The position numbers and the translations under genes are program-made. The notes under the pieces are model-generated. The model had not been told where the DNA came from, made no database searches, and was given only the letters and a program-made list of their open reading frames with translations. Below are positions 1-9,822 of a DNA stretch of 64,000 nucleotides, in pieces. This DNA is from Candidatus Moraniibacteriota bacterium (GTDB lineage: Bacteria; Patescibacteriota; Minisyncoccia; Moranbacterales; GCA-2747515), in assembly GCA_942490825.1 (NCBI GenBank), contig CALNYG010000013.1, forward strand, positions 125,281-189,280, given 5' to 3'. Positions within the stretch are counted from its first letter, which is position 1; each line of letters starts with the position of its first letter.

Positions 1-2
1 AA

Positions 3-434
3 ATGATGGGAAATAGTCAAAATGAAATGGCTCATAATTTTGGTGTTGGTTTGGTGAATTTCTTTGCAAATAATCTTTATTACGGTATGATTTATTTTGC
101 TTTAGTAGCAATGTTTACTTTTTTCTATACTGCGGTTGTTTTTGATCCACAGAAGATTGCTGATAATTTACAGCGACAAGGTGGTTATATTCAAGGTGTT
201 CGTCCTGGGAAAGAAACGGTTGATTATTTAGGAAGGATTGTGAATCGGATTACTTTGGCTGGAGCTTTGTTTTTGGGATTGATTGCGGTTCTTCCAATTA
301 TTGTGCAGAGTTTGGCGAACATGCCGTCTTTGAGTATTGGTGGTGCGAGTGTTTTGATTGTTGTGTCTGTGGTGATTGAGATGATTAAGCAGATTGATAG
401 TCAGTTGATTATGCGGGATTATGATCGGCTGTAG
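3..434 (+). CDS. secY: Preprotein translocase SecY, C-terminal fragment (5' end lies outside the window)
   Basis: The translation, ending RDYDRL, matches the conserved SecY C-terminal transmembrane helices (TM9-10). The ORF is open to the window edge. Confidence 0.8.
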   Translation: MMGNSQNEMAHNFGVGLVNFFANNLYYGMIYFALVAMFTFFYTAVVFDPQKIADNLQRQGGYIQGVRPGKETVDYLGRIVNRITLAGALFLGLIAVLPIIVQSLANMPSLSIGGASVLIVVSVVIEMIKQIDSQLIMRDYDRL

Positions 435-462
435 GGTTTTTATGATTAGTTAAGTTGAAAAT

Positions 463-1017
463 ATGTGGTTTTTAAATAAAGAGAAAAATTGTGAGGTTTG
501 TAATGTTGATGTTTTGAAGAAAGAATTATATTATTTTGGTGAATATGAAAATGATAAAATAAAAACAATAAAATTATGCAAGAATTGTTTTTTGAATAAA
601 ATAGAAAAATCAATTAAAGAGTATAATTACAAAGCATTGGCAGTGCAACCTTTATTAAAATCTCAAGATGAAAGTAATTCTTATCAATTTTTTGGAATTT
701 CTAAAATGGATGAATGGGGGTTTGATGATGAAAATATTGGAAATGCAAAAGATATTATTTCTAAATCAAAATTGAAGTGCGATAATTGTGATAAAGAAAG
801 AATTAATTTTATTTGGGTCTCTTCAGAAATTAATGAATTTAAATGTTGTTCACTTTCAATTATGAATGATGAAAAAATTCAAAAGAATAATTTATGTAGC
901 GATTGCATGTCTCATAAATTTATTAGCAGATTGAATAATTTAGAAACTATTGATATAAAACATTTTTTAGATTTGCCTAAAGATGAGGATAGTTACGGAT
1001 CAGCTTTTGAGTTTTAG
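463..1017 (+). CDS. Hypothetical protein with two CxxC...CxxC zinc-ribbon motifs
   Basis: 184-aa ORF with CEVCN..CKNC and CDNCD..CSDC pairs. No recognisable family. Confidence 0.4.
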   Translation: MWFLNKEKNCEVCNVDVLKKELYYFGEYENDKIKTIKLCKNCFLNKIEKSIKEYNYKALAVQPLLKSQDESNSYQFFGISKMDEWGFDDENIGNAKDIISKSKLKCDNCDKERINFIWVSSEINEFKCCSLSIMNDEKIQKNNLCSDCMSHKFISRLNNLETIDIKHFLDLPKDEDSYGSAFEF

Positions 1018-1086
1018 TTTTTTTGTTGAAAAACAAATGCTAAATTTACCAAGATAATACGACTTTTTAGAATATCTTTTAATTCT

Positions 1087-1698
1087 ATGAAAAAGCAAAT
1101 AGTTATAATTCATGGGGGAGAAACTTTTGATAATTATGAAGATTATCTGAATTATCTTAAAGATTATGATATTTCTCGAGTTTTTGAGAAAGAAACTGTT
1201 GGAAGCGGGAAAAGGTGGAAAGATAATTTGGATGACGATTTGAATAATAAGTTTGAAATTTTTCAACCATCAATGCCATCACCTCGTAATGCGAAATATT
1301 TAGAATGGAAAATTTGGTTTGAAAAATATTTGCCTTTTTTGAAATATGATGTGATTTTGATTGGTCATTCATTAGGTGGTATTTTTTTAGCAAAATATTT
1401 GGTGGAAAATGATTTTCCTGTGAAAGTTTCTCAATTGCATTTGGTTGCAGCTCCTTTTGATGATGAGGACACACCTTTTTCTTTAAATGATTTTGTTTTG
1501 CCTAATTCTTTAGAGAATATTGAAAAGCAGATTAAAAATATATTTTTTTATCATTCTGAGGATGACGACTGTGTTAAATTTGAGGATTTGGAAAAATATT
1601 GTAAAATGTTACCGACTGCGGAAAAGATTATTTTTGAGGATAGGGGACATTTTATTGTAGAGCATTTTTGGGAGTTAATTAAAAATATTAGAAAATAG
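1087..1698 (+). CDS. Alpha/beta-fold serine hydrolase (RBBP9/YdeN-like)
   Basis: IIHGG near the N-terminus, a GHSLGG nucleophile elbow, and a late Asp and His (DRGHF). Confidence 0.6.
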   Translation: MKKQIVIIHGGETFDNYEDYLNYLKDYDISRVFEKETVGSGKRWKDNLDDDLNNKFEIFQPSMPSPRNAKYLEWKIWFEKYLPFLKYDVILIGHSLGGIFLAKYLVENDFPVKVSQLHLVAAPFDDEDTPFSLNDFVLPNSLENIEKQIKNIFFYHSEDDDCVKFEDLEKYCKMLPTAEKIIFEDRGHFIVEHFWELIKNIRK

Positions 1699-1709
1699 TT
1701 TATGTAAAT

Positions 1710-1836
1710 GTAGAGACATTGCATTGCAATGTCTTTGAAAGAATAATTAATTTTAAAGTTTGAGGTTTTTCTTTAGGGGATTCTTCACTTCATAAATTTA
1801 TCTGCGATAAATTTATTACGTTCAGAATGACAGTAA
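1710..1836. repeat. Degenerate copy of miniature inverted-repeat family 1 (hairpin GTAGAGACATTGCAttgcAATGTCT, then ...CAGAATGACA end)
   Basis: Related to the copies at 15231, 57214, 51442 and 59246. The palindrome agacattgca/ttgcaatgtct is at 1712-1733. Confidence 0.4.
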
Positions 1837-1856
1837 ACTTTAAGATTATGTATCAT

Positions 1857-1874
1857 AGCCCGTGCGGCGAGCAC
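1857..1874 (+). promoter_or_regulatory. GC-rich 20-nt motif, copy 1 (AGCCCGTGCGGCGAGCAC), about 40 nt upstream of the thpR start
   Basis: Exact core shared with 7 other sites in the window. Embedded in tgtatcatAGCCCGTGCGGCGAGCAC, which is identical to the site at 10816. Confidence 0.5.
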
Positions 1875-1912
1875 TTGAATTATTTTTAGAAAAAGTTTTA
1901 AATTATAAATTT

Positions 1913-2494
1913 ATGAAAAGGAAATTATTTTTGGGAGTTGATGTTGAACCGCATTTGAAGAAAATGTTAGATCAGAAGATTGAAAAAAATTGGAAAGATT
2001 TGGATTTTCCGATTCGATGGTATCGGAAAGAAAGTTATCATATAAACTTGGTTTTTTTAGGTTGGGTGGATGAGGATTCAGTTATTGATTTATCAAGACA
2101 ATTATATGAGGTTTGTTTAAATTTTCCAAGTTTTGATGTTGAATTTGAGAAAATTAAGTTGGCATATAAAAATAATTCACAGGATAATGATCAACGGGAT
2201 GCAAAGATGGTTTGGTTGGAAGGTGCTGTGAGTGAGGAATTGAAAGAGCTGCAAAAGGTGTTGGAGGAATCTTTAAATATTCATTATATTGATAGAAAGA
2301 GTTTTCGTCCGCATGTGACTTTAGGTCGGATGAAGGCAAAAAAATGGGCTGAACTTGAGGAATTTCCTGAGATTGATCATGAGTTTAAGATTTCGATGGA
2401 TGTGATGAATGTGACTTTGTTTGAGAATGGCTCAAAAGAGGGTTCGCCAGATTATACGCCAATTGATGTCTTTGATTTGGGGGATATTGAGTAG
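1913..2494 (+). CDS. thpR: RNA 2',3'-cyclic phosphodiesterase / 2'-5' RNA ligase (2H phosphoesterase)
   Basis: Two H-x-T/S-x motifs (HINLVF and HVTLGR) with the spacing typical of the LigT family. ATG at 1913 is chosen over the upstream GTG that lies inside the GC motif. Confidence 0.75.
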   Translation: MKRKLFLGVDVEPHLKKMLDQKIEKNWKDLDFPIRWYRKESYHINLVFLGWVDEDSVIDLSRQLYEVCLNFPSFDVEFEKIKLAYKNNSQDNDQRDAKMVWLEGAVSEELKELQKVLEESLNIHYIDRKSFRPHVTLGRMKAKKWAELEEFPEIDHEFKISMDVMNVTLFENGSKEGSPDYTPIDVFDLGDIE

Positions 2495-2506
2495 AAATAA
2501 AAAATA

Positions 2507-2531
2507 GTCCTGTAAGATTTATACAGGACCA
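2507..2531. terminator. Bidirectional hairpin terminator (GTCCTGTA-agattta-TACAGGAC)
   Basis: 8-bp stem flanked by an A-run on the + side and a T-run on the - side. It sits between convergent genes. Confidence 0.5.
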
Positions 2532-2555
2532 TTATAGATAGGTGAAAAAACATTC

Positions 2556-2831
2556 TTACAAGAAAAATAAATGTTCATAAAATTTGAGTGCAATGCTTAC
2601 TGTATTTAAGTAATTATCCAATAAAAACAGTATGATATATACGCACCCAATAAACATTATTTTAATTTTAAAGACAGTTTTATTTTTTGCTATTATGATA
2701 TATTCAGGAATTCCTTTTTCATTTATGGATTTTTCTGCATAATTTTTGTAAAAACTTAGGTCAAATACTTCTAAAAGATAGCCACTAAACATAAGTAGGA
2801 AAATTATAAATAAGTGAAAATAGAACAGCAT
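2556..2831 (-). CDS. Small hypothetical membrane protein
   Basis: 91-aa ORF with two hydrophobic helices. It is the only ORF in a 460-bp intergenic gap and has a terminator downstream. Confidence 0.3.
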   Translation of the reverse strand: MLFYFHLFIIFLLMFSGYLLEVFDLSFYKNYAEKSINEKGIPEYIIIAKNKTVFKIKIMFIGCVYIILFLLDNYLNTVSIALKFYEHLFFL

Positions 2832-2955
2832 AGCAAAACCTCCTTAATTTTATTTTTTGTTGAATGAACTTTAATCAGTATAATCTTTTAATTAAAATAG
2901 TCAATAAATTTTTTTAAGTATTTTTTCAACTCAAAATTTATGCTACAATAAAAAC

Positions 2956-3657
2956 ATGAATTATTCAGTAAAAATCGAACAATTTGAAGGTCCATTGGAT
3001 CTTCTTTTAAGTTTGATCGAAGAAGAAAAAATCGATATCACCAGAATTTCGTTAGCAAAAGTTACCGATCAGTATTTAGATTACATAAAAACTTACGAAA
3101 GCATATCATTATATAATCTAAGCAGTTTTCTTTCGGTGGCAGCAAAATTAATTCTTATTAAATCGCAGGCTTTATTACCATTGTTGCAACTTGATGAAGA
3201 TGAGGAAGAAGAAATTCACGATTTGGAAAAGCAATTAGCGGCGTTGAAAGTGATTAAAGATTCTATTCCAAAGTTTTCAGATGCTTTAGAAAATGCTAAT
3301 TCTAGTTTTGCACATAAAGGGATGTGGGGAATGAAACCACATTTTTGTCCGCCAGAAGGGATTACGGCGACAGATTTACGAGAAGCTTTTTTGGTTTCGC
3401 TGAGTTCAATTCCAGAGTTAGAAAAGTTGGAGGAAAAAATTGTGAGTGATGTAGTTTCGTTGGAACGAAAGATCATTGATGTTCAGAAAATGATTAAGAG
3501 CAAAGCATTAAAAAGTTTTTCTGAAATTAAAAAAAATAGTAAAGATAAAGCCGAAGTGGTGGTTTCATTTTTGGCGGTTTTGGAATTAGTTAAACAGAGA
3601 ATTGTGGTGGCGAGACAAGAAGGGGTTTTTGATGATATTGGGTTTGAGAGTAAATAA
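2956..3657 (+). CDS. scpA: Segregation and condensation protein A
   Basis: N-terminal FEGPLDLLLSLI signature. Adjacent to scpB. Confidence 0.85.
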   Translation: MNYSVKIEQFEGPLDLLLSLIEEEKIDITRISLAKVTDQYLDYIKTYESISLYNLSSFLSVAAKLILIKSQALLPLLQLDEDEEEEIHDLEKQLAALKVIKDSIPKFSDALENANSSFAHKGMWGMKPHFCPPEGITATDLREAFLVSLSSIPELEKLEEKIVSDVVSLERKIIDVQKMIKSKALKSFSEIKKNSKDKAEVVVSFLAVLELVKQRIVVARQEGVFDDIGFESK

Positions 3658-3710
3658 ACGTAAGAAAGTTGTATTTTAAATTTATTTTAAGCTTAAAGTA
3701 TAGATTCCGG

Positions 3711-3776
3711 ATAAATTAATTTGTAATCACTCACTTCGTTCGCGAACAAATTATATTTTCCGGAATGACATATCTA
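3711..3776. repeat. Miniature inverted-repeat family 1, short form (GATTCCGGATAAA ... TTTTCCGGAATGACAT)
   Basis: About 66 bp with 11-12 bp inverted termini around a TCCGGA core. Matches the copies at 15296, 21721 and 59352. Confidence 0.45.
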
Positions 3777-3804
3777 GGAGAAATTAAAAATTATAAATTA
3801 AGTT

Positions 3805-4491
3805 ATGAATCAAGAAGAAAATAAAATTGAAGAGGGAGAAAAATTAGAAAGTGAGGTAGTAGATTTTCAAGAGGAAATTAAAGTTGAAGAAAATGAAATT
3901 GCGGAAGATAAAAATAATACTGAGCAAGAAATTGATAAAGTAGCAGTTATTGAATCAGTTATTTTTATGTATGGTGAGGCGGTTAAATTTTCTCGATTAG
4001 CAGAAATTTTAGAAGTTGCTGAGGAAGAAGTTAGTGATTTAGTCAAAGAATTGAAAGTGATTTATGATAATAGGGAATCGCAAGGTTTAAATATTATTTT
4101 TGATGAGGAAAGTGTTCAGATTGTTACTCATCCAAATTGTGCGGAAGTGATTGATACTTTCGTGAAAGGTGAGCTGAAAAAACCGTTGTCGCAGGCGGCG
4201 TTGGAGGTTTTGGCGGTGGTGGCTTATCGTGGTCCGATTTCAAAAGTTGATGTGGAAGCGATTCGTGGAGTGAACTGCTCGTTTACTTTGCGGAATTTAT
4301 TGATGCGAGGTTTGGTTAAAAAGGTTATTGATGATGGTAATGCACGGACGCATTTGTATAAAATTACATTTAAGTTTTTGCGTATTTTAGGTGTTGAAAA
4401 TGAGAATGATTTACCTGATTATGAAGATTTATTTAATGATAAGAGGATTGACGCGATTTTGTATTCTGAAGAAGCGTTGGGGGATAAGTAA
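3805..4491 (+). CDS. scpB: Segregation and condensation protein B
   Basis: Tandem winged-helix region (LSQAALEVLAVVAYRGPISKVDVEAIRGV). Follows scpA. Confidence 0.85.
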   Translation: MNQEENKIEEGEKLESEVVDFQEEIKVEENEIAEDKNNTEQEIDKVAVIESVIFMYGEAVKFSRLAEILEVAEEEVSDLVKELKVIYDNRESQGLNIIFDEESVQIVTHPNCAEVIDTFVKGELKKPLSQAALEVLAVVAYRGPISKVDVEAIRGVNCSFTLRNLLMRGLVKKVIDDGNARTHLYKITFKFLRILGVENENDLPDYEDLFNDKRIDAILYSEEALGDK

Positions 4492-4600
4492 TTTTCAATT
4501 TACGAATTTTCAATTTTCAATGAATTTTTAAATTTTTCAAAAAAATAAACCGCCCTTTTAAAAAGTTCCTCCTAGAACTTGGACGGTTTTTGTTTCCTAG

Positions 4601-4789
4601 TTATTTCTTTGGAAAGAAAATAACATCTTTTTCACAAACAGGACAGTTAGCACGACCAAATGAGCCTTCTCGTTGATCGTGTGTTACTTGTAGTTCACCT
4701 TTCTTTGCTTCCAGCTCGCTGTTACAGTTGTTACATGTGCCAGTCCAAATTTCTTCTTCTGGAAGTTTCCCTTTTTTGGTTACTTTCAT
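4601..4789 (-). CDS. Small zinc-ribbon protein
   Basis: 62-aa ORF with CNNC...CPVC. Isolated on the minus strand. Confidence 0.35.
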   Translation of the reverse strand: MKVTKKGKLPEEEIWTGTCNNCNSELEAKKGELQVTHDQREGSFGRANCPVCEKDVIFFPKK

Positions 4790-4860
4790 TTTTTTTACCT
4801 TGTGAATAGGCTATATCAAGAAACAATTACGACTAGATTGCCGTAATTTAATAGCTTACA

Positions 4861-6345
4861 TCATCATCATTTTGTCATGTCACTTACCAATGATAATGTC
4901 ATACCAGGTTACCAATAGAAATGTCATACCTATTAAAATTATGTTAGTTTTACATGTTAACATTTAAAAAACATGAAAAACTATGCAAGATACAATAATC
5001 ATGACAAATAAGGAATCTCAAAGGTATGAAATCATAAATAATTTAATAAACAATAAGATAAACGGAACACAAGCATCTAGACAATTAAATTTATCAGTCA
5101 GACAAACTAAAAGGTTAAAAGCTAAAGTAAACAGAAAAGGAATACAAGGAATAATTCATAAAAGCAGGGGGAAAGAAAGTAATAGAAAATTAGATGAAAA
5201 ATTAAAAAAGAAAATCATAAAAACAATCAAAGAAAACTATTCAGATTTTTCATCACAATTAACTTATGAAAAATTAAATGAAGTTCATGAAATTAAAATA
5301 AGTTACACTTCGACGAGAAGAATTAGAATAAACGAAGGTTTAAGTACAGTCAAAAAAAGAAAACAAAATAAAAAATACTTCTCACAAAGAGAAAGAAAAG
5401 AACATTATGGAGAATTAGTTCAATTCGATGGTTCATATCATGATTGGCTTGAAAATGAAGAAGAGCAATGCCTGTTACTTGCAGTAGACGATGCTACTAG
5501 CGAGATAACTCCAGAACTTGATAAAAATGAAGGTATACAAGCAGTATTTAATTTTTGGAAAGAATACGTACAAGAAAAAGGAAGACCATTAGCTATTTAT
5601 CTAGATAAATTCAGTACTTACAAAGTAAATCACAAAAATGCAACGGACAATCAAGAATTCAAGACACAATTTCAAAGAGCTATGAAAGAATTAGATATAC
5701 AAGTAATTTTTGCTAATACGCCTCAAGCCAAGGGAAGAGTAGAAAGAATGAACGAAACTTTACAAGACAGAATGATCAAAGAAATGCGACTAGCTAAAAT
5801 AAATAGTATCGAACAAGCCGATGAATTTATTAAAGAAAAATTTACTCCAGAATTTAATAAAAAATTCAATGTTCCCGCAAAGAAAAAAGGAGACCTACAC
5901 AGAAAACTAACTAAGCAAGAAAAAGATAAATTAAATAATATTTTCTCAATTAAAAGCACTAGAAAAATAAGGAATGATTTTGTAGTTCAATATAAAAATA
6001 GATATTTTCAATTAAATGAAATACAACCAACTACAGTTTACAAAAAGGATGAAGTAATTATAGAAGAACATTTAGATGATTCAATTCATATTTCTAAAAA
6101 AGATAAATATTTAAGTTTTAAAGAATTACCACATAAACCCAAAAAAGAAAATGAACTAAAATTACCAGCTATCACTAAAAGAAAATCAGATTACACTCCA
6201 CCAGCAGATCATCCTTGGAGAAGCTACCAATTTAAAAAAGAAAAATTAAAAGCTCAAAAATTAATTAAATTCTAAAGGTATGACATTTCTAAAGAAAACA
6301 AAGGTATGACATTTCTATTGGTAGTTGACAATCATCATTTTGTCA
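4861..6345 (+). mobile_element. Insertion sequence, ISNCY (IS1202 group)-like
   Basis: Each end carries two copies of a roughly 15-bp site. Left: accaatgataATGTCATACC plus accaatagaaATGTCATACCT at 4888-4930. Right: AGGTATGACATttct twice at 6276-6322. The outer flanks carry direct ATCATCATTTTGTCA at 4864-4878 and 6331-6345. Confidence 0.6.
4983..6275 (+). CDS. DDE transposase (rve-type core, ISNCY/IS1202-like)
   Basis: N-terminal helix-turn-helix (SRQLNLSVRQTKRLKAK), HKSRGKESNRKL, then an integrase-core DDE region (QFDGSYHDW ... AVDDATSE ... KGRVERMNETLQDR). Confidence 0.7.
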   Translation: MQDTIIMTNKESQRYEIINNLINNKINGTQASRQLNLSVRQTKRLKAKVNRKGIQGIIHKSRGKESNRKLDEKLKKKIIKTIKENYSDFSSQLTYEKLNEVHEIKISYTSTRRIRINEGLSTVKKRKQNKKYFSQRERKEHYGELVQFDGSYHDWLENEEEQCLLLAVDDATSEITPELDKNEGIQAVFNFWKEYVQEKGRPLAIYLDKFSTYKVNHKNATDNQEFKTQFQRAMKELDIQVIFANTPQAKGRVERMNETLQDRMIKEMRLAKINSIEQADEFIKEKFTPEFNKKFNVPAKKKGDLHRKLTKQEKDKLNNIFSIKSTRKIRNDFVVQYKNRYFQLNEIQPTTVYKKDEVIIEEHLDDSIHISKKDKYLSFKELPHKPKKENELKLPAITKRKSDYTPPADHPWRSYQFKKEKLKAQKLIKF

Positions 6346-6478
6346 AACGTAATTTATTTGATATAGTTAATATATAGTATTTAAGTTGAATTTATAATTT
6401 TGTGCAGTTTAAGATCCAACTTAAGGTCGACCCTAATTTGGATCTTGAGGAGAATTAATTTTTTAATATTTTATCTTT

Positions 6479-7045
6479 ATGAAAGTAGCAGTAATTTCAG
6501 ATATACATGAAAATCTTCACAATTTAATTTTATTTTTTCGGTATATTGAAAAAAATAAAGTTGATACGGTAATTTGCTTAGGCGATTTTATGAATAATGG
6601 AATCGCTAAATTATTAGCGGATTTAGATGTACCAGTTTTTGCAGTTTGGGGAAATAACGACGGAACTAAAGCGCAAATTATGCAAACATCTTTGATTGAA
6701 GGAAGTAATTTGAATTTCGATGCTGAATATTCTGATGCGACTTTTAGGTTTTTAGAATTAGGTGGACGAAAAATGTTTTTGACGCATTATGAAACTTTAG
6801 CTCGACCAATGGCAAAGTCAGGTGATTTTGATGTAGTTTTTTATGGACACAACCATCAGAGTAATGTTGAAAAAATAGAAGATTGTCTAATGGTTAATCC
6901 AGGTGAGATCGCAGGATTTATCACTGGCAAGGCAAGTTTTGCTTTGTATAACTCTGAAAATAATGATGCAGAAATTATTGAGTTAGAAAATGGCATTAAT
7001 ATTAAAACTGATGAAGTTAAAAGATATTTTAGAGAAAAGGTTTAA
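6479..7045 (+). CDS. Metallophosphoesterase (YfcE-like)
   Basis: Motifs DIHEN, GDFMNNG and GHNHQ of the calcineurin-like phosphoesterase fold. Confidence 0.7.
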   Translation: MKVAVISDIHENLHNLILFFRYIEKNKVDTVICLGDFMNNGIAKLLADLDVPVFAVWGNNDGTKAQIMQTSLIEGSNLNFDAEYSDATFRFLELGGRKMFLTHYETLARPMAKSGDFDVVFYGHNHQSNVEKIEDCLMVNPGEIAGFITGKASFALYNSENNDAEIIELENGINIKTDEVKRYFREKV

Positions 7046-7210
7046 AAGGTAGACGTTTGAATAAATAGAGATGGTAACTTTAAATTTTGTAATTCTCTGT
7101 GAGAGTTTCTTCATTCCGTAATTTTTTTTACAAAAAATATTTAGTTTAGAATGATAGGAAATTTGAATGATTATAAAATTTTTAGAGTTTCAAAAAATGT
7201 TAAATGGTGA

Positions 7211-7230
7211 AAAGCCCGTGCGGCGAGCAC
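7211..7230 (+). promoter_or_regulatory. GC-rich 20-nt motif, copy 2 (AAAGCCCGTGCGGCGAGCAC), 80 nt upstream of the 7310 gene
   Basis: Exact match to the consensus. Followed by a T-rich tract and a TTGACA hexamer. Confidence 0.5.
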
Positions 7231-7309
7231 TATTTATTTTATTGACAGAGAATAAAAATAATGTCATAGTTAAATATTGTAATTATAAAATTAATTTTTA
7301 TTTAAAATA

Positions 7310-8398
7310 ATGACAGAGCAGCAAAATAAAAATCCATCAAAAACTTTTTTAGCGACTTATCCAGTTGCAGTTTTTTTGTTTTTTGCAATTTTATTAGGTT
7401 TTAATTTATTTTTGCAGTCTAGTTCAAGGAAAGATGATGTAAATGATAACTTTAGTTTGTCGAAAGTAATAAAGACTGATGTTGAAGCTAAGGAAGATAA
7501 TGGTGAAAGTAAAAAAGTTACAAAAACAATTGATTCTAAGGAAGCTTTAGTGAAAACAATTTATCAGCCAGTACGTAAAATGGATTCAATTGATTTAGAA
7601 GTAAGTGCGACGTCAGCGGTAATTTTGGACGTGGATTCTGGAGGAGTGCTTTATTCTAAAAATGCAACTGAAAGGCGATCGATTGCATCTTTGACAAAAT
7701 TAGTAACTGCAATGATTGTAATTGATAGAGTTCAAAATTTAGATGAGGAAGTTATTATTCCAGAAAGTGTAATGACAATTGATGGAACAAAAGTTGGCTG
7801 TCTCACTTCAACAACTTGTGAATATGAGAGGATGTATGTTGGTGAGAGAGTTAGAGTTAAAGATCTTTTGTCTGCTATGTTAATATCAAGCGCTAATGAC
7901 GCGGCAACTACTTTAGCGATTCATATTTCTGGTAGCGAAGAGGGATTTTCTAAGTTGATGAATGCTCGTATGAAAGAAATTGGTGCAATAAATAGTAATT
8001 TTTGTCGACCTTCTGGATTAGAAATAGATGATGAAGAAAATGAGGATACTTGTTATTCTACGGCTTATGATATTTCTCGAGTTGTGTCGCATTTACTGCG
8101 TTATGAGAAATATGATCTTTTATGGGATATTATGAAGACTGAAGAGTCTAGTTTTACAGATATTGATAATACAGTTGAACATACTTTGAAGAGTACCGAT
8201 CGTATTTTGGGAGAAGTTCCAAATATTGTAGGTGGAAAGACTGGCTTTACTCCACGAGCAGGTTATTCTTTGATGATGACGATGGAGAGTTCGGATAAAC
8301 AACATAAGATTATTTCTATTGTTTTAGATGATATGAATCGTTTTGATGATGTTCAGGAAATGGCAAACTGGGCTTTTAGGAGCTATGAATGGAAATAG
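7310..8398 (+). CDS. D-alanyl-D-alanine carboxypeptidase (S11 penicillin-binding protein)
   Basis: SxxK (SLTK), SxN (SSAND) and KTG motifs with a signal peptide or membrane anchor. Confidence 0.75.
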   Translation: MTEQQNKNPSKTFLATYPVAVFLFFAILLGFNLFLQSSSRKDDVNDNFSLSKVIKTDVEAKEDNGESKKVTKTIDSKEALVKTIYQPVRKMDSIDLEVSATSAVILDVDSGGVLYSKNATERRSIASLTKLVTAMIVIDRVQNLDEEVIIPESVMTIDGTKVGCLTSTTCEYERMYVGERVRVKDLLSAMLISSANDAATTLAIHISGSEEGFSKLMNARMKEIGAINSNFCRPSGLEIDDEENEDTCYSTAYDISRVVSHLLRYEKYDLLWDIMKTEESSFTDIDNTVEHTLKSTDRILGEVPNIVGGKTGFTPRAGYSLMMTMESSDKQHKIISIVLDDMNRFDDVQEMANWAFRSYEWK

Positions 8399-8476
8399 AA
8401 ATAGTCATAAAATTTAAGGTCTGTAAAGTTGAAAGTATAGAAACAAAGTTTAACTTACAAATTTTCAATTTTAAAT

Positions 8477-8515
8477 AAAAAAATCACTAAAATTTCTTGG
8501 TGATTTTTTATTTTT
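8477..8515 (+). terminator. AT-rich hairpin terminator (AAAAAATCAC ... GTGATTTTTT)
   Basis: 10-bp stem plus a T-run after the stop of the carboxypeptidase gene. Confidence 0.45.
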
Positions 8516-8610
8516 ATAATTTAAGTTTAAAAAGTTTTAGACCTCGCCCAACTTAAAATATCATGTTATATTAAAATTAGATTATTTTTTAAGATTTATT
8601 GAAATATTTT

Positions 8611-9708
8611 ATGGAATTTGCGGAAATTTACACAATACCAGAAGTAGTCAATGTGTTAAAGGTATTAGTAACAGGATTTATTGCTTTTGTGGTAACTTTT
8701 ATTTTTACGCCTTTTTGGATTAACTTTTTGTATAAATATAAGATTGGTATAAAGATTAAAAATAAAGGGGTGCAAGGAGACAAATTGCAATATGTTAATA
8801 TTTTGCATGCAAATAAATCAGGTACTCCAAGTTCTGGCGGTGTAGTTATTTGGGTTAGTATTGCGATTTTGATTTTTGCTTCTCATTATATTTTTCCGTA
8901 TTTAGCTAATGTTTTTGATATAGATTTTATTGCGCGTCTGGATTTCTTATCTCGTAAGCACACTTGGTTACCTCTTTTTGCATTAGTCGCTGCAGGTATT
9001 TTAGGTCTTTTTGACGATATTATGAGTGTGAAGGGTTGGGGAAGTAATAAAGGCGGCGGAATGCGGTTTGCAATGCGTTTTTGGTGGTTGTTTGCGATTG
9101 CTGGATTGGGAGCATGGTGGTTCTATAGTAAGTTGGGCTGGGATACTTTGCATGTTCCAGGAGTAAATGATTTTGAGATTGGACTTTGGTATATTCCACT
9201 TTTTATTTTTGTGATTTTATTCAGTGCTATTTCTTCGAACGAAACAGATGGACTAGATGGTTTGAATGGTGGAGTTTTATTAATGGCATTTACTGCTTTT
9301 GCGTTAATTGCTTTTTTTCAAAATAAGGTTAATTTAGCCGCTTTTTGTGCAGCGATTGGTGGTTCATTGATGGCATTTCTTTGGTTTAATATCTATCCAG
9401 CTCGCTTTATCATGGGTGATACAGGAGCGATGTCTTTAGGTACAACTTTGGGCGTGGTAGCAATGTTGACAGATTCGGCTTTAATTCTTTTTATTATTGT
9501 GTTTATTTACGTTTTAGAGTCGGGAAGTGTTATTATTCAATTAACTTCAAAGAGATTTTTCGGTAGAAAAGTTTTTTTTGCAGCACCAATTCATCATCAT
9601 TTTGAAGTAATGGGTTGGCCTGAATCGAAGATAACAATGCGAGCTTGGATTTTTACAGCAATTACGGCTGGAATAGGTGTTATCATTGGAGTTTTTGGAA
9701 TGGGGTGA
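8611..9708 (+). CDS. mraY: Phospho-N-acetylmuramoyl-pentapeptide transferase
   Basis: Polytopic membrane protein with DDxxS, NETDGLDGL and PIHHHFE motifs. Confidence 0.8.
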   Translation: MEFAEIYTIPEVVNVLKVLVTGFIAFVVTFIFTPFWINFLYKYKIGIKIKNKGVQGDKLQYVNILHANKSGTPSSGGVVIWVSIAILIFASHYIFPYLANVFDIDFIARLDFLSRKHTWLPLFALVAAGILGLFDDIMSVKGWGSNKGGGMRFAMRFWWLFAIAGLGAWWFYSKLGWDTLHVPGVNDFEIGLWYIPLFIFVILFSAISSNETDGLDGLNGGVLLMAFTAFALIAFFQNKVNLAAFCAAIGGSLMAFLWFNIYPARFIMGDTGAMSLGTTLGVVAMLTDSALILFIIVFIYVLESGSVIIQLTSKRFFGRKVFFAAPIHHHFEVMGWPESKITMRAWIFTAITAGIGVIIGVFGMG

Positions 9709-9822
9709 TCTGAACATTTTTTCAAGATTTCACATTGTGCTACTTTAAAAATTTATTTTTTAAGCGAAACTTAAATTTTTTTAATGCATGTTATAATAAA
9801 GAAATAAAATTAAAAAATTATT

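Noticed and set aside
1000-1474. Minus-strand ORFs 1000..1266 and 1157..1474
   Set aside because: They overlap the well-supported + strand hydrolase gene and the upstream gene end. They are low-complexity AT-rich translations and likely spurious.
4500-4600. Possible terminator hairpin between scpB and the small minus-strand ORF (AAACCG...CGGTTT)
   Set aside because: The stem is only 6 bp with a large loop, which is not convincing.
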